From Geosiphon pyriformis uo1 (Eukaryota; Fungi; Glomeromycota), in contig JAAOMT010000741.1 of NCBI GenBank assembly GCA_016748015.1, positions 1 through 64,000 on the forward strand: 64,000 nucleotides of DNA, read 5' to 3'. The translations under genes and the position numbers were made by a program. The first letter of the stretch is position 1. Each line of letters opens with the position of its first letter. Shown piece after piece: positions 52,101 to 64,000 of the stretch. The notes below the pieces were generated by a model that searched no databases, was not told the DNA's origin, and was given only the letters and a program-made list of their open reading frames with translations.

Positions 52101-53424
52101 TTAAATTGATACTCAATAGTAAATTTGCAAGTAATATAATTATAAAACAACTTATAGATTAATTAAGTTATCAAGTAAATCATGTAGTTACTGTTCAAAT
52201 CATTATTACAAATAAGAATATAAAAACCCTGATAAGAGAAATCAACAATTTTCTGTTCGAAATTAGTGGAATTCAAATTTCTACCAAAGTACTCATTATA
52301 AAAGCCACACAATATTAGGCTTTTATGGAAAATAATTGGCTAACAAAAGCTCATGCTATGTTAGATTGGAACACACAAAAACTCCAGATAACTTTCAACA
52401 AACAATATACTTAAGTACCTGCAATATATAGACACTTCTAAAAAGCAATTTTAGAACAACTATTAATTGAATTTGATGAACCTATTTTCCAACTAACTTT
52501 AGAAACATACCAAGTTTCTTGGGTGGATGACTTTTAAATAGAGCTACCACCACTTTTTATTTGAGAAAAAAAAGAAAAAAGAAGAGTTGATAAAGAACAT
52601 TAGGTTCCACTCCCAATTTATCAAACACTATATTAAAGAGATTGATCATACCAACTACTGAAATTAATTTGTGTTGATTGTGGAAAAAAATTATCTTTAA
52701 TAAGTGTTTATGTTAAAAATAACAAAGTTTGGCCAATTGCTACCAAATATTATTGTTGATCATGTGTGCTGGAAAAATTTAAATGACCAAAATGACAAGA
52801 CAAATAGAACAACACATTCTGCTTTGCATGTAGTAAAATTCTGTTAGATGAAAAATTATGAAATAATGTTCTTGGCAAAAAAGAAATGTGTGACAAATCA
52901 TGTCAATACAATATCTTAATCAATAACTGGACTTGAAAAGAAACTCTGCTTGCTACTATATATTAATAAATAATGAATTAATTAGATACATATCTTCATA
53001 ATAAAGAAGAAATATGGGAATTAGCTTTAGCTAAATGAGAGAGTGCTACTGTTGAGAAAATACACACCATTAAAAATACCTTAATAGCCATCAAGAAAAT
53101 AAATAATCTATTTACAGATAACTCAAAAGTATTTTAAGACTATTACCAGAAACTAATCCCAACTCAAGAAGAACAAAAACAGAAACTGGCAGATTTCAAC
53201 ACAAAATTATGCAATTATTATTTGATTCCATATCATTTTTAGTACTGTAACAAGTGTGATTTCATGTTTAATCTACCTTCAAGAATACTATATCTTATTA
53301 CCAAACTACCAAAATTAAAAAAGAAATATGAGTTCACTGGAGAGAATCTGTCATTTCAAAAGCCAGATAAGACTACCAAAATAAAACAGTACCTTGCTTA
53401 TCTTAATCTTTCCAAAAAATTGGA

Positions 53425-53850
53425 ATTAAAATGGTACAATAACAATAATAAAAAAATATGTCCTGAAAAAGCACACAAAACTGATGCTGGTTTCAATTTA
53501 AGATATTCTGGACAATCATCCATAGTCATAGCTCTATACTTTCTAGTAAAACTAGATTTCAAAATAACATTAAAAATTTTTGTTAGTACAATAGTACAAA
53601 TAACATCCAGGTTTAGTCTTGTAAAAAAAAAAATTGATGTGAAAAGAGAAATTATTAATGCTGGATATACTGGAAACATTATTGTGATGTTATAAAACAA
53701 TTCTAACAAACTCTATAAAATTAACTTATAAGAGAAAATTGTCCAAGCTATCTTTTTACTTCTTGTAAAAATATCCCAATTAACTTCAGTTATCATATGT
53801 AAAGAATTAGGTCTTACTACTAGGGGAATTAAAAAATTTAGATCAAATAG
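53425..53850 (+). pseudogene. dUTPase domain within pol of C4
   Basis: PEKAHKTDAGFNLRY..VQITSRFSL..IINAGYTGNIIVML..KIVQAIF..T*GIKKFRSN. Confidence 0.88.
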
Positions 53851-56800
53851 AAAAGAGAACATAACAATTAATTTCATTGAGGAAAACAGTAATAAGATAG
53901 AATTTATCTACACTAATACAGTTATTTCTATTTCTTTATATCAACAATATATTCTCAAAGTGGCCTGAAAAATCCAAGACTAAGTCCTGCTATTTAAAGC
54001 TAATCCAGAAATCTGTTCCTTAGCCAATATTGCTAATCTATACATATCTGTTAAAATTTATAAAAATTTCAAAATTCCTATTTGAAATCCCACCAAAGAT
54101 GTGATTAAAATTCCTAAAAAAACTCTTATTGGTTCTATTTTTTTGGATATTCAAAACTCTGAAAAACTTCAGCCCATTTCGGATTTTACATAATTGTTCT
54201 TATTTTGTGATATTACTTCACAAGTATAGAATCTGCCAAAAGAAAGTTACTTGTTTACACTAGAAAAAATCAATAAATTAAATTTGGAAAACTTAAGCAT
54301 TCTGTCACAAATGCAACTCAAGACTCTGTTAAATTAATATGCTAATATCTTTGTCAGTAAAAATGAGTTTGGATGCACATATATTGTGAAACATCAAATT
54401 AATATAGATGTCTGTTCTATTAAACAATAAGCATATTAAGTAACTTCAACAGGCAATAATTTGATTAAAGAAGAAATACAACAAATATTAAACCATAAAC
54501 TAATTAAGAAATTGCTAAGCCTTTGGTCCTCTCCAATGGTACTAGTTACCAAAAAGAATAAAAAAATACAGTTCTGTATAGATTACCAAAAACTAAACAG
54601 TGTTATTCATAATAATAGTTACCTTACTTTTCTCATACAAAAAATATTGGACAATTTAGACAACAAAAAATGGTTTTTATTATTAAACTTAGCCAGTAGA
54701 TATTGATAAGTAAAAATAGATTTTAAAGACAAAAAAAAACAGCATTTACCACATAAGACAGAAATTTTAAATTTAATGTAATGCTTTTTGAACTGTGTAA
54801 TACTCTTACCACCTTTTAATATCTTATAGATGTAATATACAAAGGAATTTTTTGAAAATCAGTCATAGTATACTTAAACAACACCAATATGTTTTCTGAA
54901 ATGTTTGATAATCACTTATATTATCTACAATAGATCTTTAAATGCCTCTGAGATATTAAATTAAAACTCAACTCTGATAAATGTTTCTTTGAAAAACTGA
55001 GCTGAAATTTTTAAAACATGTAATTGGCAAAAATGAAATCAAGCCTAATCTGAACAAAGTACAAAAAGTTAGAGATTTTTTAGCCCTGATTAACTTATAA
55101 GAACTAAAAGAATTTTTAGAACTGGCTGGATACAATCACAGATTTGTTAAAAAATTTTCTGACATTACAAAACCACTCTACTACTTATTGTTAAAATATA
55201 TGCTGTATATATAGAAGAAAAATCAGCAAGAGGCATTTGACTACTTAAAACAATGTCTTATTACAGCACCAATACTAATTTATTCTGACTTTAATAAGCA
55301 GTTTATTGTCACAATAGATGTTTTGAAAAATGTATTAAGAGTGGTTCTGTTCCAAATAGAGCCAAACAATAAAAAACATCCAATTATTTATGCTAGTTAC
55401 AGCACCAGTCCAACAGAAAAAATATATAGCACAACAGATTTGGAATGTTTTACTATCTATTAGCAGTACAAAATTAGAGACACTATTTTAGACAGCCATT
55501 CAATCTATACACTAATCATAAAAAACTCATTTGGTTACTCAGCAAACCACAATTAGAAGGAAGATATGTACAATAGAGTACTTATCTGCAACAATTTCTA
55601 TACAAAGTCCATTATAAGGAAGAATCCAAAAACACTAATGCTAACAGTTTGTCGAGAATAACACAAATTTAGTATTGAATTTATAAATACAACTACTTAT
55701 TAGTAATTATACCAGTATCTATTAACACTTTAGTTTAAAAAGATATTGTCTTAACAGAAACAAAGTATTGTACAAAAACAAATTTGAAATTATTTCATTT
55801 AAAACAACCAACTATATTGTAAAAAATGTTAAAACTGCCCCATTTCACAACAAATTATAAAAGACAATAAGAAAAGAACTATTTTACATAGTATGCATTT
55901 TGACCCAATTGCAAAACATTTCAACAAAGACACTATTTTAGAGAGAACAATAAATCTATACTATTGGCCAACAATATATAAAAATATTTTTGAATGTCCT
56001 CAACTGTGACTTCTGCCAACAAAAAAGAAAAGCAAAAACAATGGAACTACTTTAATCCATTCCAGTTGGAAATTCATTTGATAGAATAAGAATTAATTTG
56101 GTTGGTTTTTTCTCAATTACATCCAAGAAAAATTGTTACATAGCTGTAGCTATAGACTACCTTATTAAATGGCCAAAAGCCAGAGCAATCCAAATATTTG
56201 ATATTAAAACAGTAGCCAAATTTGTACACCAAGATCTAATTTGTTGTTATAGATACCCAAAAAATTGTTATCTGACTAAAAAATACATTTTATTAATAAT
56301 ATGTTAACTAAACTAAACCAATAGTTTAGAATAAAATAACTTGTATTATTATCATATCACTTATAAACAAATAGACTGGTAGAACAATTTAATCAAACAT
56401 TGTGTAAAACATTAACAAAAATAAATTACAAAAATGCACAAGAATGAGACTTATTTATATTTTCTGTATTAATTGCATACTAAACATTAAAGCAAAATGC
56501 TATTCAATTTACACTATTTGAACTAATTTATAGAAAGAAAACTACCTTACTTATTGAATGAGAAATATCTTTTTTTTCAACCAAAATAAACACCAAAAAA
56601 AATTTTGAAGCTATTTTATACCAAAAAACATATTAGCTTATAGAGACTCTGGAAAACAATCATAGAACAGCAGCTAACAATATTAGTAACACTCAAAAAT
56701 GACAAAAAAAAAGACATAAAAATTGTCTCTTTAATCAACCAATAGAATTTAAGATTAGAAACCAAGTACTGTTACATCATATAAAAGCTGAAAAACAGTG

Positions 56801-57099
56801 GAGTGAAAAGTTTGATCCAAAGTAAGATGGTTTATTACACATACATAAAGTTTTAAACAATAAAGCTTACAAATTAAGATTGGAAAACAAAATTTTAAAG
56901 AAAATAGCACATAAAAATTGGTTAAAAATTTATCATACAAAACAAAAAATATCATTATTTATATCTCAAATAAGAATACAGATTTTATTAATCAATTCAA
57001 ATAATATATCACAAAATCTGAAACCAATTATTATTATTGAAACATAATCAATACACAACTATTTAATTAGAAAATTTAAGTATATATAACAGCCAAAAC

Positions 57100-57794
57100 A
57101 ACAAGAAAATAACAGAACTTTCAACATAAACCTCTCAGATTAAATCTTAAAACTCTCAAAACAACTATTTGAAGCAATTTAACAATCCACAACCCAAATA
57201 AAAATCACAATTAATAGAAAAAAAATACAATACAGAGACAAAAGTGGAAAAAAGATGGGTAAAAATTCAATTAAAACTAAATGTTCTTGTTCTTATGAAC
57301 AATTAAAAAACAAAAAAAAAAGATATATATGTTAAGCAAAACTTAAAAAAATTAAAAAAGCTTTTAGCAGACCAGTATTAAAACCAATAACAAGAAAATA
57401 AACACCCAAAAACTCTATAGTGTGAAAAGAAAAACTTTTATTAGTTTGCTGGTTCTATAAGATTAGTGAACAATTAGAATTAAGTACACTATACAAAAAC
57501 CACAATCATTAAACTTTTAACAAAAAAGCCCTCAAACAAGTAGAAAAATTTGTAAAAAGAAGCAACACAACATTACACTACAAAGCAGCATACTAATTAT
57601 ATGTGGTATTCAAATACTGTTCAGTTATACTACTAGACAGCTTCTTAGAAACTATTATAATCAACAACATAAGACAAATAACAAATACACAGTTTGAAAA
57701 CCTACAAAAAACAATATTTGACACAACAATCAAACATTACATAGAAAATACAATTATTACAAATATATATGATTTCATAAGAGCTCAATTTTAA
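57100..57794 (+). pseudogene. Family-C ORF3 (start approximate)
   Basis: ..NLSD*ILKLSKQLFEAI*QSTTQIKITINRKKIQY...WFYKISEQL...LHYKAAY*LYVVFKYC...INNIRQITNTQFENL; further copies at ~39130-39830 and in C2 and C3. Confidence 0.72.
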
Positions 57795-58781
57795 AAGAGA
57801 AGAATAATATTACTTAAATAGAAAAACCAATCCAAGTTATAAAGAAACATAATCAAAAACATGATAATACAAGATAATGCAAAAAAACACAGAATAATAC
57901 ATAATAACTTGGAATAACACAATACAAAATGTGATAATATGATATAACATAAAATAACAAGAATAATTAATAATAACATAGAGAAACAAAGCAATAACAA
58001 AAATAGCAAACAATAATTACCAATAATAAAACAATCAAAAACAATTTTGTAGAACTAAGAGAAATATATAAAAAAGAGTAGTTATAAAAGATAGAAAGAC
58101 AGACAAATAAACAAGAATTAACTTTCTTCTATCTATATTTGTTACATGTCCCTTGTTACATCTTATATTTTATAAAACTGAAATCAAAAAAATATTAACA
58201 AAAAACTCAAAATTCTCATTTGTATAATTCTCATATTTTATGAATTAACCTTGTTCTTACTTTTGTTTTTAGTTAAATGCTTTTAGTATAAAACAGCCTC
58301 AAACTATTACAACTTAAACCAATTATTTTTAATTATAACAATTGATAATATTAATTTATTTTTTTTTATTTTTTATTTTTATTTTCTCTTACAAAGCAGC
58401 AACATAGAAAAATTGACTGTCTGAAAATAGACTTCATAATAGTCTGATAAAAAAAAGAAGCTCTTTTTAGGATTGAATATTAATATTATTTTGTTAACTT
58501 ATTAGAAAAGCAAAAAGACACTGCCAGATCCTAGCAACTGTATTCAACTAGTTTGAAAAAGATACTTCATATACAAAAAGTTACAATATAAAATCATCTC
58601 TTTCTACTTTATAACCAAAAAACTCCATAGGTAAATTCATATCAATTAGAAAGATCTTCAAAGATTAATAACACTAACTTCCAAACAAGTCTGTCAGAAA
58701 AAAACTATCAAAAACTCCCTAGAAATCCAAATTTTGAGCACTAAATATTATTATTATATACTACCAAGTTTATCCATAACA

Positions 58782-59041
58782 CTATAAAAATTCAAAGATC
58801 TTTTATCTTTATTTTCAGTATTATAGCTAATACTATGTACAGCTAAGCTTTTCATATATTATTAAAAAAAGTATTTATATTCTTAAACTAACTAATATTA
58901 TATAAAAGTATCTTAAACTTCAAATTTGTTTTATCTTCCAAGTGTTTTATTTTGTCAATTAATATTTTAAATTTTTATACTAGACTCTTACTTATGGAGT
59001 TTGAAACAATATCTTTCATTAATTTTTTTTGGTTATTATGT
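58782..59041 (-). pseudogene. Probable LINE ORF1 N-terminus, cut by the C4 insertion
   Basis: Reverse frame ..TKKKLMKDIVSNSISKSLV*KFKILIDKIKHLEDKTNLKFK resembles decayed Glomeromycotina LINE ORF1 starts (from memory, not searched). Confidence 0.45.
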
Positions 59042-59789
59042 TGTTAATAGTAACTGTTAAAACAACAACAAAAAAATTTGTGTTTTAAAAAATTGTAAAG
59101 TAAAATAATAAAAAAAACAAATTTTTTTTTTCTCAAATTAACTTTTTTAGAAAATTTTAAACATAAAAAAAAAAGAAGTTTTTTTATAATAATATTATTT
59201 TTTATAGTAAAAAAAAGCCAATAAATTTGTTATGAATTTTTTAGTCAAAAATAAATTTTTTGTTTTTTTTAAAAAATTTATTTGGTTTAATTAAAAATTA
59301 AATAATTATTTTATTTAGTAAAAAAAACTTTTAATTAATATTTTATTGATTTAATAATATAATTAATTAAATTATTTTAACACAAATTTAATTACTTTAT
59401 TTTAAAAAAATTATTATTTAATTTAATAAAATTAATAATAAACTGTTTTGAAATTTTTTTTTTATTAAAAATTTAGTTTAATTATTAACTAATTTTGTTT
59501 AATATAATTATTATATATTAAATTGGCATTTTTATTTAAAAAATTATTTATTAAAAATAAATATGTATTAAATTTAAAATAATATTTAAATTTTTATTAT
59601 TAATTTTTTTTATATATAATTTAATTATTATTTAATATAATACAATTATAAAAAATTTTAAATTAAATATAATTTATATGTTTTTTATATGTAATCAAAT
59701 ATATAAACCTAGTTAAGATTAAACTATAATAAATTTAATAAAAAAAACTTACTTTAAAAAAATATTTTATTTTATTTATTTAATAAGTA

Positions 59790-60597
59790 TAATCTAATTA
59801 TTATTTAATACAAAAAATCAAACTAAAAAACTCTAACTAAATACAATTTATGTGCTTTTTATATATAACCAGTTACTTAGATTAATTAAAGTTATATTAA
59901 ATACTTATATATACTATTATATTACTGTTCAAATCAAAAAAACAAATAAGACTTATAAAATCCAAAACTAATAGCAAAAGCTTTATTAATACAAAATAAA
60001 TAAACTATGTTATTTAACAAATAAAAAAATAAAAAATATAACAGTCCAAGAATTATATTTACATTGTTAACCAAATTATTACTCTTTATATTGGTTCTGA
60101 ATTTAGATCTAAAAACTTGTACTATTATTTTATAATATTTAACAAACTTACAAACAAATTTTATTATTACTAAAACAGCTTTTTTTCTATTTTCAAATAC
60201 TAATACTGCCTTTTTAAACCACTTTTTTATAAAAAAAACTTTACAAAAAATCTCATATAGATTAATATTTAATAGACTTAATAAAAGAGTCTAAACAACT
60301 ATTAACAACAAAAAAATCTTAATACCAACCAAAAATTTCTAGTAACTAATTAATTTCTGTATTGTTTTTTAGATGAAATAGCATTTTTTGAACAAATAAA
60401 AACATGATTAGAAAATTTCATCTTATTATACAGCAAACACAAAACACTAAAGTAGTATTTATTATAAAGTTATTTTCTTATAGCAACTGGTAATTTTTTA
60501 TAAATAGTTTTTATTATGAAAGTACATAAATTTAAAGATACTTTATTAATAAACTCAGATTATATGTAAAAATCTAAATACTAAACTGCTATAATAT
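59790..60597 (-). mobile_element. Second decayed LINE 3' end
   Basis: Collinear with 10790-11600 (e.g. TATATAACCAG(C/T)(C/T)ACTTA block). Confidence 0.68.
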
Positions 60598-63500
60598 TAT
60601 TACAGATTGGAGTAACAAGCTAACAGATAGCAAAGAAGAACAGGATTGTAGAGTGATAAAAGGAATCAAAGAAAATTCAACTTCAAAGAGTAAATTGAAT
60701 AAGTATAAATTCAATATACAAAATTAGTCTCATAAAATATCTCAGTTGCTATACTTTTCAAAAGATAACTGGGAAATCTGAAGATAAAAAAATAGCCTGT
60801 ACTGCTAACAAATAATCACACACTGGTATAATTCTATGTTTTATATTGATGCTCTTAGAATTCAATATCAAATATTAGATGTATTCTTTAGTCACATTTT
60901 ATTCAATAATTTTCAAATGCTATAATTATATGAGTCAGGAAAAAGGTAAGGAATAACTAACAAGTAATTTTTTATTCCAAAATGTTTAGATACTTGAAGG
61001 TAGGAAAAGAGAATTTAGTAATAAGAGAATGATTGAGATGAAAATTGTTATTTTATTTTATTTTATTTTTTGATTCTAACATACTTTTCAATAGTTAAAA
61101 GATTTATCACTTATATAGCTATCAAAAATAGTCAATGATTAGGTCAATGACTAGGTTAATAATCAAATCAATAATCAATTTATTAATCAGGTTAATGATC
61201 AGATTAATGATTAGATCAATAATCAGATTATTGATCAAGTCAATGATTACTATCTAAAAATAGAGTGGCTAATTATATGACATTAATGGCTAATACATGT
61301 GATAATTAATAAGAAATATAGATTTTAATCATAACATTATCCTCTCTAAAAAGATTGAGCTCTAACAAAATCAAGCTATTTATAGTGTAGTCTATTTGAA
61401 GAGTTTTATTTAACTTAAAGCTAACTAGTTTATTGAAGTCTTTTGTAGATAGAGTATATAATACTTGAAGTGAAATGAGTTTTGTATCCAAGAGACTAAA
61501 TCTTTGTATTAGAGTTTTGGCTTTTTTAGCAATAGTTAAAACTCTTAGGACATCTAATTGTATAATGGCCAAAATTTCTGCCTGTATCTTTAAAGTTGTT
61601 TTTTTCATAAGTTTCATATCTTCTATGATTTTACCAAGGCAATCATAGAGTTCTAATTGCCTTCTATATGACAAGTTTTTGTTTATGAATAAGATTTCTT
61701 GAAGTGTTTTTCCAATTGTGCTGGAAGATAAGAATATAGCAGCTGTTATACTTTCTAATAAATATTTATTCATTTTGCTACCAATTTTTTTTCTTCTGGT
61801 AGTGGTTTTCTTTGGTCTAATAACAGTATGTGTTCTACTGTTATCAGTTATGGTGGTTTGTTTTCCAATGGTTAAAGTAGCATTTAGATAGTTTTTGATC
61901 CAATACTCATGGAGAGTATAGAAAACATTTTGAATGTTTTGATCCAAAAAATAATTATTTATGTTGATTAAAGATACCTCTGTTTTGGAAATAATGTATT
62001 TATTTATACTTGATTTTTGTTGATTATTTGGGTTGGTATTACCACAACAGACAACCAATCAGGTCGTTTATAATATTTTTTGAGTTGTGTACTATAAACA
62101 AAACAATTATTGAAGATTGTTCCAGATTGATTTTAAAGAATATAAGAATTATTGTTCAAAACTTTGTTAATTATAAAGGGTTTATTCCACCAGCTAGAAA
62201 ATTTATTACCATAGACATTGTCTTTATCTAAACAGTATTTCAATATCAAGTCACTAATACTTAAAGAAAGTGTTTTATAGGTTTTTTTTTTCTTAAGCTT
62301 TTCTTGGAACTGTTTTATCTTTTTAAAAGCAATTATTCGTGCTTTTACCAAGAAGTCAAGAATGATACCAAGTCTTTTTTGCAAAATGTTTTTATAATTT
62401 CCTATTGTGATCTTTTCAAAGAATATTGTTTCAATATTAGTTTTTATTGGTAGTGTTACCATGCATCCATAGAGCAGATAAAAAGATTCATAACTTGTTA
62501 TGTCATGATTCACAGTTCTATATGCAAACAAAGCTGAAGGCAGTACTTTGTTCCATAAGTTTGTTTCTTTACTGGTTTTGGCCAGAGTTTCACATAGTGT
62601 TTTATTAAAATGTTCTACTAAGCTATTTGTTTAAAGGTAATAAAAAGAGGAAAGTTTATGATGTATTTCTATTTTTCTACAAAGTTCTTTAACCAGTGTA
62701 TTAAGAAAAGCTCTTCCTCTATCAAATAAAAGTTTTTTGAAGCAGTCATGACAGCAGATGATATCTTCATAAATGAAATTGGCTATTGAGATTGCTGTTT
62801 GCTCTGAAGTGGCTCTTGCTTCTACCTATTTTGTAAGATAGTTGGTAGCTGTGATAATATATCTGTTGCCATTAGGAGTTATTGTTAAAGATCCAACAAC
62901 ATTTATACCAATTCTGTTAAATAGTTGACCAACAGAAATTGAATAGATATCTTCTTTGTGATTGAATTTGCCTCTTTTTTGGCAGATATTACAGGTTTTG
63001 ATGTATTCAGCAATGTTTTTTCCCAAGATAGACCAATAATAGCAAGCTAAGATTTTCTGAATTGTTTTTATTTTTCCAAAGTGTCCAGCCAATAGGTTAG
63101 TGTGTATGTTGTATATTATAATTTCTCTTTTTTCAAATTTAATGATTCTTTGGAGGCAGTCAGAATCTTTTCTGTTTCTTTTATATAATTGGTTTTGGTA
63201 AATTAAATAGAAATTTAATTGTTTACACAAATGTTCTCTTTGCTGTTGAGTGTATCCTGATGGGTATTGTTTTTTACCCAAAAATTCCATTAAAACAAAG
63301 TAGTTGTCTAAGTCCATTATCGTGTTTGTTTGTGAAAAAGTTATTAATAATTAGGTTGGTTTGGTTTGAGAAGTTGTACTATCACTGAATGGTAAATCTA
63401 GAGAGAACATCAGTGTTTTGATGATTTGCTCCTTTGCAGTATTGAATATCATAGTCAAATTCATCCAAGTGAAGTATCCAGTAAGTTATTCATTTGTGTT

Positions 63501-64000
63501 CTAGCTTTTTTTTATTGTGCAGCCAAACCAAGGCTTGATGATCTGTTACTACTAGAAATTTTACACCAAAAAAATATTGATCTTAGTAATTAGTAGCCCA
63601 AACTACTGCTAAACATTCTTGTTCAGTAATTGAATAGTTTTTTTCTGCTGATGTAAAGAATCTACTGGCATATGCTATGGCATGTTTTCTGCCATTTTCA
63701 TCTTTCTGTGAAAGAACAGCATCAAGTCTATAGCCAGATATATCAGTGTGGAGAATTAAAAATTGGTTCAAATTAAATTGCTTGAAAATTGGTTCAGTAA
63801 CAAGTTTTTCCTTCAGAATTTCAAAAGCTTTTTGTTGATAAATGTTCTAGTGATAATTGACATTTTTCCTGAGTAGCTAATTGAAAGAAAAAACGATTTT
63901 GGAGAAATTCTTGATAAATTTGTAATAATAAGAAACCAACCCAAAGAAAAAATATAGTTCAGGAACATTCATTGGTTGTCTAATGTTTTAAACTTTTTCA
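60598..64000 (-). mobile_element. Family-B element 3' part: RT connection, RNase H, integrase, ORF3, PPT, 3' LTR (60598-61336); runs off the window
   Basis: ORFs 63583 (RNase H: ILHTDISG..AIAYASR..EKNYSITEQECLAVVWA), 62826 and 62133 (integrase), 61306 (ORF3). Confidence 0.93.
61306..61962 (-). pseudogene. Family-B ORF3, frame fully open but start codon mutated ATG>ATA
   Basis: The ORF track shows no internal stop; position 61962-61960 aligns to the ATG at 816 and 3210. Confidence 0.8.

Larger units (their letters stand above)
49153..58781 (+). mobile_element. Family-C element C4: 5'-truncated 5' LTR (to 49832), PBS, gag-PR-Cys-dUTPase-RT-RH-IN, ORF3, 3' LTR 57808-58781
   Basis: LTR repeat 49153-49832 vs 58135-58781; PBS TTTGGTGTCCTCTATAAGG; ORF fragments 53264 (dUTPase), 54461 (RT), 56098 (IN), 57603 (ORF3). 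Confidence 0.92.

Overview
Very AT-rich eukaryotic heterochromatin-like window. It is probably fungal (Glomeromycotina; the element proteins resemble Geosiphon-type sequences as I recall them, which is inference). About 90% is a deeply nested pile of decayed Ty3/gypsy LTR retrotransposons from four LTR families, which I label A-D, plus LINE remnants. All have TGTTA...TAACA termini, and insertions with both flanks visible show 4-bp TSDs. One structurally complete element (family A, 24351-34242) sits inside a family-C element (20188-40822), which is inserted into the RT YLDD codons of another family-C copy. Families A and C have an unusual polyprotein: long N-terminal extension, gag, protease, a ~200-aa Cys-rich domain, dUTPase, RT, RNase H, integrase. 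Families A, B and C share a homologous ~220-240-aa third ORF in the env position that has no membrane-protein features. Repeats carry dense C>T/G>A transitions on both strands, mostly outside CpG (RIP-like). The only host-like gene is a 9-exon PD-(D/E)XK-nuclease-like gene (6462-8976) in a sharply bounded GC/CpG-retaining island. All alignments and counts were done by eye.
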